From: Octopus vulgaris
Taxonomy: Eukaryota
Direction of reading: 5' to 3'
DNA: 64,000 nucleotides
Assembly: GCA_951406725.2 (NCBI GenBank)
Contig: OX597824.1
Location: 95,976,001 to 96,040,000, forward strand
A model generated the notes under the pieces. That model did no database searches, was not told the origin of the DNA, and saw nothing but the letters and a program-made list of their open reading frames with translations. The stretch's first letter is position 1, and every line of letters starts with the position of its first letter. The position numbers were made by a program, and so were the translations under genes. Shown piece after piece: positions 1 through 13,815 of this stretch.

Positions 1-857
1 TCTCAACGGCATGGTTCCAATTTAGTCCTACTGCGTGGAAACTTGGGCCAACCAAAGCCATGTGAGTTGATCTGGTAGACGGAAACTGAAAGAAACCCAT
101 CGTGTGTGTGTGTGTTTGTGTCTGTGTTTGTCCCCCGCCACCGCTTGACAAATGGTATTGATGTATTTACGCTCCCGTAACTTAGCGGTTCGGCCAAAGC
201 GATCGATAAAATTAAGTACCAGGCTTTAAAAAAATGAGTACTGAGGTTGATTCAAGGCTGTGCTCCAGCATGGCCGCAGTCTAATGACTGAAACAAGTAA
301 AAGTAATTAAATAAAGTTATCAGTTAAAGCTATGAGTTTTTCTCATCCATATACGTTACGTTGTAAATGCATAAACGCACATATTACCAGTTAATAATCT
401 GTTTAATTACTTTAATTTATCGTATTCAAATGAAATATAATATATATTCATCATACATATATGTACTTGCTTTAAATTTTATAGGAATACATACTTTAAC
501 TTATTTAAACTTATTTGCAAGTCTTATATCAGAAAAGAGCATATTCATGAGTTACTGTTTGAACCACCGAATACGTCGTTAAAAAATTTGATATTATTCA
601 GCTTTAGAATATTTATGTAGGTACGGATGTATGGAATAACATACACAAGAATAGGTTCTCAGGGAAATGAAATTTCTGTTTCAGTTGTAGAAAGAGGGCA
701 AAAAAACATATGTAGTGGCTGTTGTTAACGACTAGCAAAGAAAGGGGGAGATAATTTCGAGACGTTAAGAATTATCTGTTATGCTTGGGCAGAAAATGTA
801 GTATTTACTAACAAGATGAGAGCTACTGGTGTGTTTCGTCATTATTAGAACTTGTTA

Positions 858-1481
858 AGGCGGCGAACTGGCAGAATCGTTAGCACGCCGGGGGAAATGC
901 GTAGCGGTATTTCGTCTGCCGCTATGTTCTGAGTTCAAATTCCGCCGAGGTCGACTTTGCCTTTCATCCTTTCGGGGTCGATAAATTAAGTACCAGTTAT
1001 GCACTGGGGTCGATATAATCGACTGAATCCGTTTGTCTGTCCTTGTTTGTCCCCTCTGTGTTTAGCCCCTTGTGGATAGTAAAGAAATAGGTATTTCGCC
1101 CGTCGCTACGTTCTGAGTTCAAATTCCGCCGAGGTCGACTTTGCCTTTCATCCTTTCGGGGTCGATTAAATTAGTACCAGTTACGCACTGAGGTCGATAT
1201 AATCGGCTTATCCCTTCCCCAAAATGTCAGGCCTTGTGCCTATCGTAGAAAGGATTAGAACTTGTTGGCAGCGACCTGGCAGAATCGTTAGCAGGCCGGG
1301 GGAAATGCATGGCAGTATTTCGACTGTTTTTACGTTCTGAGTTCAAATTCCGTCGAGGTCGACTTTGCTTTTCGTCCTTTCGGAGACGATAAATTAAGTA
1401 CTAGTGAAACACTGGGGTCGATGTAATCGACTAGTCCCCCTCCTCCAAAATTTCAGGCCTTGTGTCTTTAGCAGAAAGGCT
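858..1481 (+). mobile_element. tRNA-derived SINE family A, tandem cluster (representative of about 20 loci, e.g. 5428-5813, 20026-20255, 22150-22370, 31710-31930, 33445-33662, 36613-36840, 44035-44515, 48414-48645, 54842-55073, 56160-56375, 60867-61032)
   Basis: Head ggcggcgagctggcagaatcgttagc (A-box-like) and gagttcaaattcc (B-box); body gactttgcctttcatcctttcggggtcgataaattaagtaccag. Many near-identical copies on both strands. Confidence 0.9.
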
Positions 1482-1962
1482 TATTAGAACTTGTTCAATC
1501 AAAAGACATACTTTTTTTTTTACAATTACATTGTTATATTTTTTAGGTAATAGTAACTATTTGCATGATTACAAAAAGCGTGTTAATGGAAATAACTAAG
1601 GTGGACCAATGACATTGATTCAAATAATTCTGGTTGTATTGATTCCATACTGAGTGACAAACACAAATAATTCACAATGAAATTGAATTTGCCTCTTATT
1701 TGCAACAAGGAAACAAAAATCCAGTGGTTTTTGTGTCTCGCTGATGAGGTCATAATAGAGTTGGAACTTGTTCACAGTTGTCTCTTTAGTATGATGAAAT
1801 AGAATAATATTTGCCCTTGACTAATATCATCTTTCTACCATCATTTAATTATTTCTAGCTGGTTAAATATTAATATATTAAACAGAAACATTATTATTTC
1901 TAAATCTCTCAAACAGATATATTCAGTAACAGTACTTTCAAGTAAAGACTATTTGCCAACAT

Positions 1963-2275
1963 AATGTGGCAGTCCTGGATGGGACGATTGTCGTTTGTGT
2001 CCTTATATTTCCGAACAGGGGAGCTCAGCAGCCCCATCCAGCACAAAGCAACATCCATGGACCGGTTTCTGGGACATTGCCCTTCTCAGCACAGAGTTGT
2101 TGCTTGGCTAGACGGTGCTGAAATAACCCAGAAACCGGTCCACAGATGTTGCTTTGTGCTGAGCTCCCTGTTCGAAAATATAAGGACACAGGTATTGTGT
2201 CGTATAGCCAGCTGGAAACGACCTTCCCTGGGACTAAACAACAGCAACAATCACCCCATACAGGACTGCAAAATA
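1963..2275. mobile_element. Imperfect foldback/MITE
   Basis: gcagtcctg...gtgtccttatattt.cgaacagg...cacaaagcaacatc..tggaccggtttctggg is mirrored at 2127-2270. Confidence 0.65.
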
Positions 2276-2854
2276 TGTCGAAACTACATTGAATATGTTG
2301 AAACTAACTTTAATATTATTTTTCTTGCAGAGGGTGTTCCTGAGTTATTTATAATCCACTAAAACTGTCGGTGTATGCAGTAGATAAATCATGGAAGGCA
2401 CTGAAAGTGAAGACAGTATATTATTATGACCTCTAACTTCTTGATATAATCCCAGGCAACATTACGCTTATCTGTAAGTTTACAGGCTTCCATTTCTTTA
2501 CGTCACAAAATGTATATATTAATAGGAATTCGGGGGGAGGGAAAAACTGCATACTTTTCTGACACCCCGAGATACCTAAGATACAAATTAGTCAGTATTT
2601 TGCTTGTCTGTGTACCAGCGGTATTTTACTAGCAATTACGATGCTGGAAGACTCATTCTAAGAAAATAAGAAAGCGCTGATATAGTTCTATATATAGAAG
2701 GCACTGGTAGTAACTACATTGACTACTGCAATAACTAAACCGTGGGTCACTAAATATTTCGTTTTTGATCAAATTTGCGGAATGATGGTATCTGCCAACA
2801 GATATTACAAGGAATCGAACTTGCGACTAACATCTCAGGAAAGTCGCTCTGATA

Positions 2855-3190
2855 TTTTTCTTTATTAGCCACACAGGGCTGCACACAGACGGGACAGATT
2901 ACAAAGTAGAGCTTTTCTTTTTAGGGAGAAAAAGAAAAGTGGGGTAGGTTTTCGATCAAAAGGGATCGAAAAAGGGAAAGAAGAAAAATGGAAAGAAAAA
3001 AACGATCAATAGGGATCGTATATCACAGAAATGTCATGATGTAAAGTGTAAAGGGGGAAGCAGATAAGGTTTATCCGTGGAGAGAAAAGCCTACGGAAAA
3101 GACCACGGTAACCTCGGTCAATAATGTTACATGTTACCATATTTGTTTGCAAGTAGGTAACCCTCTGGTTTAAATTTTCCGGGTTCATAG
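2855..3190 (-). mobile_element. 3' UTR of a LINE-like element sharing its tail with SINE family A
   Basis: Ends (minus strand) tgtcccgtctgtgtgcagccctgtgtggctaataaagaaaaa; the upstream sequence is unrelated to the SINE body. Confidence 0.5.
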
Positions 3191-3216
3191 GAAGTTAGAT
3201 TGATAGACAGACAGAC

Positions 3217-3254
<38 letters not shown>

Positions 3255-3854
3255 CTCCAGGATTCCGTAGTGTCCTGTTCTTCAATTCGTGAGTATTGCT
3301 CATCCCCAGCGAAGATCACATTTCCAGAAACTCGGCTGATGTAATCTTATTTAAGACAGTTTATAAATATATTTGGTTGACTTTGGAAGACGAATTCACA
3401 GCGGATGTTCCAGATTATAAGAAGCAGAGATAAGAGATGAGCTATCTGAAGATAAATACATTTAAAATAAGCTGCCATTCCTTTAAATTTTGTTTCATAT
3501 TCCTGACAATTTTAATCTTTAATGGGCGCGTTGATTTATTCAAGAATCCTGTTGAAAAGAATTTATATTGCCTCAAGAACCATATTGGTACCACATTGGA
3601 TAAAAACGCTCTTTGAGATATCTAGATTAATATAGTTTCGATTTTTTTTTTACAACTTATTTTGCTTCCTTTCTCGCTTATCTTAACAGAAAGCCATCTT
3701 AGAAGATATATCGCTTAACAGACGTAGGGAGAAGAGCACGTGTAAAAAACTGGTTACTCTGAAATTAATATTTTAGAATCGGTTCTGAATTCGGTAAGAT
3801 AACTTCTCTAGTGCTGATGTCACCTTTTGTTCTCTGAGACTATTCATCTTTGAA

Positions 3855-4058
3855 TTTGGACCTACTCTTTTCTGAAGCCAAGCTTATTCTTTAAAATCAC
3901 ACCTATTCTTCGCAGAATCCCTATCTATTCTTTTCTGAAAAGAACCCCGAAAAAACCCCACCTATTCTCTGAAACCACGCCTATTCTTCTCTCAAGCCAC
4001 ACCTATAATTCTCGGAAACCACACCTATTCTTTTCTCAAACCACACCTACTTTTCTCT
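3855..4058 (+). repeat. Degenerate ~20-bp tandem repeat (ccacacctattctt.tctgaaa)
   Basis: About 9 units. Confidence 0.7.
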
Positions 4059-4735
4059 GTTTCAGGGCGTATTCATTAAGAATAAAATTTTTGTGAAATT
4101 AGGTTAAAAGGAATTCCACATTCTCTCTTCTTCCAAGAGATGAGTCAACAGGCGTTGCTGGTTTAGTAGTTTCTCTTGCGTCTACATCCGACATCTACGA
4201 AGGCAGCATCCGAGAAGACATCATACCAGCAGCCTTTGGACGTTCGTACAACAGGGAGAGCAATATTTAATTTAATTTAAGTTACTTGTTTCAGTCACTG
4301 GACTGTGGCCATGCTGGAGCGCTGCCTTGAAGGGTTTATCCAAACAAATCAATCCGAGTACTCTTTTGTCGAACTCAGTTTCCGTCTACCAAATCCACTC
4401 ACAAGATTTTGGGAGGCCCAAGGCCATAGTAGAATAAAGTATCCCACATTGCCACGCAGTGGGACTGAACCCGGAAACATGTGGTTGGGAAGCAAGCTTC
4501 TTACTACACAGCCACATAGGACGGGCTTCTTTCAGTTTCTGTCTACCAAATCCACTCAGAAGACTTTTGTCGACCCGGGGCTATAGTAGAAGACACTTGC
4601 CGAAGGTGCCAAGCAATGGGACTGAACCCGGAACCATGTGGTTGGTAAGCAAGCTACTTACCACACAGCCACTCCAGAATTTCGTAGAAAACTTGTATTT
4701 CAACTGAGTAGGAGCTACCATAAGCAAGATTAGTC

Positions 4736-5325
4736 CTTCTTCGGAATTCCTTCCACCCCCACCCTATAATTTTTGAACTAGTAATTTTTTTTTTTTTTAG
4801 ATTCATATGTTTTCAATATTACGATTTAGCAAAAGAAAAAATTGTTTTTAATTTCAATCCCCCCACCCCTAACCCCAATTTATTTGCTTTATTTTCAGTT
4901 GACAAGACGTGCTGTCACGCACAAAATGACAGCTTCCAAATCCTGTTTCCTGATTGGCTGAAAATGATCAAACTTTAAACCTCTGTAACTTTTAAAAAAT
5001 ATTTTTCTGGAAAAAGTGAAACAACTCCAGCAATTTAGCTTGAATGTTTGTAAAAAGTTGCAGAGGTTCAAAGTTTGATAATTTTATAATTTTCAGCCAA
5101 TCAGGAAACAGGATTTGGAAGCTGTCATTTTGTGCGTGACAGCACGTCTTGTCAACTAAAAATAAAGCAAATAAAATAGGGTGGATGGGGTGGGGGATTG
5201 AAATTAAAAACAATTTTTTTTTTGCTAAATTGTAATCTCCGATATCGAAAATATGAATTTGAAAAAAAAGTTTTTTTTAATTACTGGTTCAAAAGTTACA
5301 GGGGGGGGGGGGATATTCCAAAGAA
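4736..5325. mobile_element. Long-TIR MITE/foldback DNA element
   Basis: Arms of about 260 bp, including agttgacaagacgtgctgtcacgcacaaaatgacagcttccaaatcctgtttcctgattggctgaaaat and its reverse complement. Confidence 0.8.
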
Positions 5326-6942
5326 GTAACGCATGATTTCTTGATCTGTTTGCAAGAAAACGAAAGAAAAATTAGAATGATGAGGGTCTCTCCTTCTCGT
5401 TGTCAAGATTTGAAATGTACAGTAAATTCTTTTCTACTTTAGGTACAGGGCCCAAAATTTTGGGAGAGGCGTCAGTCGATTAGATCAACCCCGGTACGTA
5501 ACTGGTACTTAATTTATCGACTCCGAAAGGACGAAAGGCAAAGTCGACCTCGGCGGAATTTGAACTCGGAACGTAAAGACAGACGAAATACCGCTAAACA
5601 TTTCGCCCGGCGGACTAACGTTTCTTATTTCTTTATTGCTCACAAGGGGCTAAACACAGAAGTAACAAACAAGGACAGACAAATGGATTATGTCAATTAC
5701 ATCGACCCCAGTGCGTAACTGGCACTTAATTTATCGACCCCGAAAGAATGAAAGGCAAAGTCGACCTCGACAGAATTCGAACCTAGAACATAAAGACAGA
5801 CGAAATACCGCTTCTAAAGTACAAAACCCTGTTCTATGTGATACATTATACCAGTATCGGAAGTTTAAAATAAGTAATTAAATAATCTTTACGTCAAAGT
5901 CGACCTCGGCGAAATTTGAACACAAAACGTAACGACAAACGAAACTCACCGCCTTAAAGTGTTAACATTCATTTTAGAAATATATTCTTTATTCTTATTG
6001 CTTAAGCGTTACTTCTTACTTTCTCACTTACTGACATTAAATTTCGTAACATTCTACCTCATAACTGTTTTTCTACTAATTTTTGTTCTATGCGACTAAC
6101 GATTCTGAATTCCTCATGCATTTTTCTATCAAGTAAGCCTAAGAAAAGTATACTTATAATTTAAAATTTAAAAAATTATGTTAATTGAAGATGAATATCT
6201 GCCTTACTGCCCACTTGAGTTCTGACATATTTTGATGTAACTTTTTTTCTACTGAACCAAATCTCAAACTATTTATGCCGAAGTGTAGTTGAGGCGGTGA
6301 CCTCTTTAAAACTATTAACAGTTTGCAATTTAGTTAAGAACTGAAATTGTGGTGAAGCTTGGAAGCTGCTGCGATTGACGAAATGGTAGACTTAAGATAT
6401 ATATACGACGGGCTTCCCCCAGCTTCCGCCCACCAAATCCACTCACGAGACCCCGGTCGGCCCGATGCTATAGTAGAAGACTTTCGCCAAAGGTGCCACG
6501 CAGTGAGACCGAACCCGGAATGATGTGGTTGGTAAGCAATGCAACTTACCACACAGCCACTCCTGCGCTTGTATATGTTCATATCTGTGACACACAGTCA
6601 TATCAAGCTTATCAACGCCTCTTCTTCTTCTTCTTCTTCTTCTTCTTCTTCTTCTTCTCCCTTCCTTCTCCTCCCCCTCCCCACTACTCTTCGCACTCCA
6701 CAACTCTATCCCCATCTGCTTTTAGGGAGGGATTCAAATTCCAAAATCGGCTGTAATAAATGGCAATTAGAAGGGGAGAGAGAGATGGGGGGGGCTGCGG
6801 GATAGTTGTGAAATGACAGTCATGAAAAGGGTCCGACGGAGTTGGTGGCGGCGGGGGGGGGGGGGGGACGTTCGGCGGTAAATAGAGTGAGAGAGAGAAA
6901 GTTGGGGGGGGGGGAGACTACAATAACCTTTCAAACGAAACA

Positions 6943-6956
6943 GTCACATGACGTCA
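6943..6956. promoter_or_regulatory. Overlapping M-box/CLEAR-like (GTCACATGAC) and full CRE (TGACGTCA) sites
   Basis: Sequence gtcacatgacgtca in a G-rich, CpG-retaining unique stretch. Confidence 0.35.
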
Positions 6957-7100
6957 TTACAGGGTCCAGTATTCCCAGTAAATAGTATAATATTCCATCG
7001 GTATGTGTTGGGTTGTACACAATTGTCCTCTGTACTCATCCACCCAACCTTTCCAGATCATCCCTCCCTCTCTCTGACTTCTCAGCTTCATTAACACCCT

Positions 7101-7135
<35 letters not shown>

Positions 7136-7632
7136 TCCCTTTCTCTCTCCCTCTCCCTCCGTTTTCTTTCTCCTCCCCTTCTCTCTCCATCTCTCTTGCT
7201 CTTATAACTATCCATCCACCCACACACACATACACTATTCTCTCTATCTCTGTTCTCTCTCGCTCTCCCTTGCACCTTCCCTCTTCTTCTCTTTCTCTCT
7301 CTTTCCCATTTTCTCTATCTCCTTCTCCTCTCTCTCTCTCTCTTTCTCTCTTTCTTTCTCTCTCTTATAGCCGCCCCTCTCATCCTAAATCACACAAAAC
7401 GTACAAATACACACACTATCAAACACACACATAAACATACACACACACACAATCAAACATGCACACATACACACACAACACAAACTCACAGACATACAAA
7501 CAAACACAATCAAACACACACACACGAATACACACACATGCACACATAGACACACATACACACACGCAAGCACGTACATACAAACACACACAAAATCAAA
7601 CACACATACGAACATATACACAATCAAGCATA

Positions 7633-7666
<34 letters not shown>

Positions 7667-9097
7667 ATCAAACATACACACACACACACACACACAAACA
7701 CACATAAATCAAACACATACAAATAAACACACACACACAAACACAAATACAAACACACACACAAATACACACACAATCAAACACACAAATACACACACTC
7801 ACACGTAAACACAAACACAAATACACACATACACAGACACAAATACAAACACACACACACACAAATACATACACAAACACAAATACAAATACACACACAC
7901 TCAATAAAACACATAATCAGCCTCACGAGCACACACACACACTTCTAAAGCACGACTCCTCGTTTCCCATTCCACAAACCGCCGACCAATTCCCGACCAC
8001 TTCCCAAACCATTTCCATTCTAGCTTCGCTCTCTCTCTCTCACACAATCCTCACCATGCAAGCATTTCTATTGCGACATTCCTCAGCTCTTTTCATCTTG
8101 CTTTTCGCTTTCTCCCCTTCCTCCTCTCCTCCTACCACCACCACCACCACCTCGGCCCCGTTTTCCATTCTTTGTCGCCATGATCCGAAATTCCTTAAAC
8201 TCAACAGTCGACTGATCTAGGTTTCTCTTTCTGCTGAAAAAGAAAAAAAAAAAAAGAGGCTATCATCTCTAACTCGTCCAAATATATCCATGAGTAACCT
8301 TGTTTTGGAATTTTCCATTTCCATATTCTGCTCTCACTCAGCCGCTCCTATTCCTCCATCAGTGGAAAAATGGCACCGCAGAAATGGTTAATGGTTTACG
8401 GCACAAAAGCAATCACCTTAAACTTGCCAAAATAATATTCAAAGTGATTCATATGATCGAAAATATGATTTCGAAGTGTTTGAGGACTCCCAGTGAGGCC
8501 ATGATCAGACTTCGCAATTAGAAAAAATAGGGGAAAACTTTTCAAATAGAACTAAAGTAGGGGTATATCAAAAATAAACATTATTTCCCATTTTACCGTT
8601 AGTTTAGTTCATTTCGAAAAATATATATTTATTTCAAGGTTTATTATTGTTTATATTTTGAATTACATACATATGGGGGCGCCAAAATCTTTTAAGCGCT
8701 TAGAGACCTCTATGGGTCCTAATCCGGTCCTGTATGTGTGTATGTATTTATGTACGTGTGTATGTATGTTGTTTGTTTGTTCCTTCTCGAGCCATGCCTG
8801 GCTCATAGGGCCGGTTTCCCGGTTTCCTTGGCGTATAGGTTCCCCACCTGGACGGGACGCCGGTCCGTCGCAGGTGAGTTGCAAGATGCAAGAGGAAAGA
8901 GTGAGAGAAAGTTATGGCGAAAGAGTTAGCAGAAATTCGCCATTACCTTCTGCCGGAGCCGCGTGGAGCTTAGGTGTTTCGCTCATAAACACACACATCG
9001 TCCGGTCTGAGATTCGAACCCACGATCCCTCGACCGCGAGTCCGCTGCTCTAACCACTAGGCCATGTGCCTCCACATGTATGTATGTATGTATGTAG

Positions 9098-9500
9098 TAT
9101 TTAAAATCTTCTGAAGAAGGAGCTGGTTTCTAACAAAGATACAAAGCTTTTTGGAATGTAGATAACGCAAACAGTGTCACGTTTTAAACCCGAGAAAAGT
9201 CTTGGATAGTCTTATTGTTCCACTCACAGATGGTGTTCACAAAACCAAGTACTCCAATTATTATTGATATAAATGCAAATTTGTAATCCGGATATAGAAG
9301 CTGGAGGTTTCGAATCAGTTGTCCGTTATTATATTTTTCTTTGATTTTCAAAGAGATATTCACATCAGAGGGACAACTAACTGGTATGACGGTACATGCT
9401 TTTTCTTGTTGTCCCAAATAACAATATCGAGCCTGTTATGTTTACAATTGCCAGATGTTTTGATGGGAATGTTACAGCAGTATTTATGTACGGATGCATA
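9098..9500 (-). mobile_element. R4/Dong-like (restriction-like endonuclease) LINE 3' fragment
   Basis: Across frames: CKHNRLDIVIWD..EKACTVIPVSCPSDVNISLKIKEK...LIRNLQLLYPDYKF..IIIGVLG, an RLE domain signature. The 3'UTR ends in a (TACA)n run. Confidence 0.75.
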
Positions 9501-12500
9501 AAATTTTCATCTTAAACGAGCCAATATGACAGCCGGACAGACGACCGCTGTACATGAAATTACACCCTATCGCTTGAGAAACAAAAGGTCACGTTTGATG
9601 GTATATTCATAAGCATACAAAACAAAAGACAGTTTGGTCAAATTTTAAACGACTTCCATCACACGTTCGCTCGAGCAATGCTCAACTGGAGTTGAATAAC
9701 ACCACAAACAACAACATTTTTCTCTACTTTAGTTTCTTTCTTCTTATTTTTTTCTGCAACTAAGCGTTCTTTTGCATTATTTTCAAGTGGTATGCCGGAC
9801 AAAATGCTTAGTGGTATCTCTTCTGACTCATAAGCAATCTGAGTTCAAAATCTGCCGACATCTCCTTTAACTTTCTCCATTTTTTGATTGGGTCCATAAA
9901 ATAAGTTAAGCACAAGGATCGATGTAATCCACTAGCCCCTCTCCCCTGTTATTTTAGGCCCTATCTGTAGCAGAAAAAAATATTTTAATTTATACCCCTG
10001 GAGTAATTCTAAGATCTTGCAGTTAAGGATAAACCACGCTTCGCTGACGAAGATCAAACTCACTTTCTGTTGCACTTCATTTATTTTATTTTACTTATTT
10101 ATAATTACTTTTTATTTTTTCATTAATTAAAATTTCAGGGTTGTTTAGTTGCCTTCCCTGCCCATTTCTAGATCAAAATTAGTCATTTTGATAATGATCG
10201 GTTCTCATCAGTAAGGTTATCATTTTAATTAGTAAAAAAATATTTTGGTTTGGAACATCAAAAAAGCTAGTGTTCACTTTACTCTGCGCATGTACACACA
10301 TATATATAACTATACGTGCCAACGTTTCTGCCAGCTCACCGCCTTTTAAGCAGATGAATAATAACAGACGACCGTTATTAATTTGCTTTTACACACACAC
10401 ACACACCATTTCTTCTATTTGATCACTACACTTGTGTATCTTCAGACTAGTGAGTGTTTACAGAAACTATTCCCGATAGCATTATGTCAAATTTATATTC
10501 TTTTGAGCGGTGTGGACATGAATGTGGCCAATTAAGCCAGCATTTGACCTCGTTGCAAAATTACAATTATGGTTATGGGGGGTTGCAAGTTTAAAAAAAC
10601 CTGTGTTTGAACCCCTCTCCTCCAACATCTGGTGCTGGTGTGTTTACGTCCCTGTAACTTAGCGGTTTGGCAAAAGAGTCCAATAGAATAAGTACTAGGC
10701 TTACAAACAATAAATCCTGGATCGATTTGTTCGACTAAAGGCGGTGCTCCAGCATGGCGGCAGTCAAATGACTGAAACAAGCAAGAAGAGTAAAGAGTTT
10801 GGAGATTCAGATGTCTGGTTTTCACGCAGCGTGTTATATTCGATTACCGTTATATTCGATCACCGTTTAATCACAACTTTTAGACTCCGAGGGTTTCCGT
10901 ATGTGTGTGCAAGCGCGAGTGAAAATAGTAGAAAATACTTGAATTGTGTACGCCTTGTACGAAGACAAACTGCGGATGGTGACTATGAACCGACTTGGGA
11001 ACTTGCGAATCTTTACGCGCCCGGATTTTCCAAGTGTGTGTGTGTGTGTGCATCTGTAGGTAATTGTGTGTGTTCGGCCCGTGGTGGAAGATCTCGGTAG
11101 TAGTAGCTAATATTCGAACTGTACACATTGGCTGCAAATGCTGGGAACGGGCCGACTCGAATCTTATGAATCGTGACAGAACGGGATCCTTCAGGTGTGT
11201 GTGTGTGTGTGTGTGTGCGTGTACGCGCGCACGCGTATGTCCCTGGAAAGTAGGATTTAAAGAAATATTTACACTCTGGAAAATAAACTAGACTTCGTCC
11301 ATTTATCTTTTGGAACCACCAGCCAAGTTCTTTAAACATTGAAATGTTCTCCTCTTCAGGTCAATCCTGATCGAGCAGGGTGTTGACCAACGGCGTTTCA
11401 CCGATGACGAAGTTGTCAGATTTTTCTGTCATAATGTATCTAGGAGTACGTTATTCAATATGGCCTTCGTCGTTTGTGACTGTTGTGTGCGTGCGTGTTT
11501 GTGTGTGTGTGTTTGTATGTGCGTGTGTGTGATTTGAAGGTTTTGTTTGCTGACAGAAAAGTAAATATTTTCAAAAAATATCTTTTTATCAATTATTTTC
11601 GACAACTCACAACCTTATCACACTCACACACACACACACACACACACACGCTTGCGTACAAACATGCGCGCGCACACTCATACATAAACACACATACATA
11701 CACATATGCGAATGAATGCATAGACATGCAATTACACACGAAACACACACACGCACAGATACACGGATGCCCGTACCAACACACACACACACACACACAC
11801 AAGCAAACACACACACGTACACAGACACAACACTGACGCGAACACACATACACACACACAACCGAAAATGACATACAAATCATGCAATCTTGTGCAAAAG
11901 CTGGCTCTACAATTTATGGGATGAGGTGAGAGGAGAGAGAGAGAGATAGATAGATAGAGAGAGAGAGGGAGAGATAGAGAGAGAGAGGGGGGGGGAGCAG
12001 CAGCGGCAGCAACAGTAGCAGCAACAGTACTGAGTAAACCCCTTAATTTGCAGTCGCTTGCATGGAGGAGAGTCTGTTGCTTGGAACGTCTGCTTGGAAT
12101 CGTTGTGTACAAGAAATTAGGCCGTTTCATCTGGTGGGAAGAGTTCATCGATCCACATTGTTAACATTCCGATGCTGCGTGCGTGTCTGAAGGGGGGCTG
12201 GTGGGGGTGGGCATGGTGGGCGTGGTGGGCGACGGGGGCGGCGGCAGGAATCTGCAGAACGTGTGTGTGTGTGTGTGTGTGCATTCGCTGCCACGAAAAC
12301 GGTTGTGTGCTTTGTCACCAGGCTTCTTTGTAGATTCGCTCGTTCGCAGCAGCAGCATGTGCGTGCAGAGGCGTGCATATCTGAGGATGTCTGTAATTGT
12401 GTGTGTGTGTGCGTGTGTGTATGTGTGTGTGCTCGTGCACACGTGTGTATGTGTGTGTGTGTGTTTGTGTAGCTGTGGTATGTTGTTAGCATCTTGTGTC

Positions 12501-12926
12501 CGTACGTGCATCTGTAGATCTATTCACTGGAATTTCGTTTTATTTGTATCCATCCATCCGTTCGTGTGTTGTGGTATGTATGTGTATAGGCATATGTGTG
12601 TATGTGTGTATGTACTTGTGCATGTGCACATGTGTTTATACGTGTTTGTGTGAGTGTCTGTGCGTGAGCGGGCGTACGCGCTCGTATGTTCGTAGATCGG
12701 TAAATATTGACTGAAGCGAGTTAGAAATGTGATTGTTTACTCGAAAACAAAAGACAAACAATTTACCAAAATAACAGAATTTTTTAAAGTGCAAAAACAG
12801 TGTCAAAATAGTTATTTGTGGATGTCAAATAGAAAACATGGCCAAGTGAGAGCATTCGGATAGTTGGCTCTGGTGCAAGAGTATACTCATTAATATATAT
12901 ATTGTAGAATAATAAAGAGAAACTTT

Positions 12927-13217
12927 TGGCTTTTTTAAGGGAATGTTTTTTTATTTTAATCTTACTAATAATGTCTACAGTGAGTTACTTTGATATGAGT
13001 TTCAAGCTCCAAGTAGACGCTTCCAAACTGAAAAATGTATGTTTTACTGGTTGCTTAAATAGCAAACAGTAAAACCTTTTGCTATTTAAGCAACCAGTAA
13101 AACATACATTTTTCAGTTTGGAAACGGCTACTTGGAGCTTGAAACTCATATCAAAGTAACTCACTGTAGACATTATTAGTAAGATTAAAATAAAAAAACA
13201 TTCCCTCAAAAAAGCCA
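12927..13217. repeat. Near-perfect foldback (~140-bp arms, ~11-nt loop) between (TA)n runs
   Basis: tggcttttttaagggaatg...aaatagcaaa / tttgctattt...cattccctcaaaaaagcca, with only a few mismatches. Confidence 0.9.
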
Positions 13218-13234
13218 TCTCTACTCATTCTTTC

Positions 13235-13276
<42 letters not shown>

Positions 13277-13354
13277 CATACTTTAAGTTTCAAAGTGTGA
13301 TGTACGCTTTCAAACTTAAAGTACCAAAGTATTTGAATCAAACTGTTTTGATCC

Positions 13355-13400
<46 letters not shown>

Positions 13401-13726
13401 ATGTGTGTATGTATATATGTATGTATATGTAAATATGTGTATATGTATGTATATGTATGTGTGTATGTATGTATGTATATACATAATATACATATATATA
13501 TATATATATATGTAGAGAGAGATAGAGAGAGAGGTACATGTATAATACAGAAATGCATGTGTGTGTTTAGTAAGAAGCTTGCTTCCCAACCAAATGATTC
13601 CGGTTTCACTCCCACTGTGTAGCACCTTGGGCAAGTGTCTTCTACCATAGCCTCGGGCCGTCAAAAGCCTTTTGAGTGGAATTGGTTGAAAGAAAATGAA
13701 AGAAGCACATCGGATGTATGTGTATG

Positions 13727-13815
<89 letters not shown>

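Noticed and set aside
858-950. tRNA-like A/B boxes at SINE heads as tRNA genes
   Set aside because: No complete cloverleaf; they continue into SINE bodies and occur in dozens of diverged copies.
1741-1775. CTGATGA followed by GGAAC as a hammerhead
   Set aside because: No stem II and no GAAA. The isolated CTGANGA at ~10044, ~17954 and ~18777 likewise lack the fold.
13114-13160. Hammerhead in the 12927-13217 foldback
   Set aside because: A GAAAC and a small stem are present, but no 7-nt core preserving G5/A6/A9 fits.
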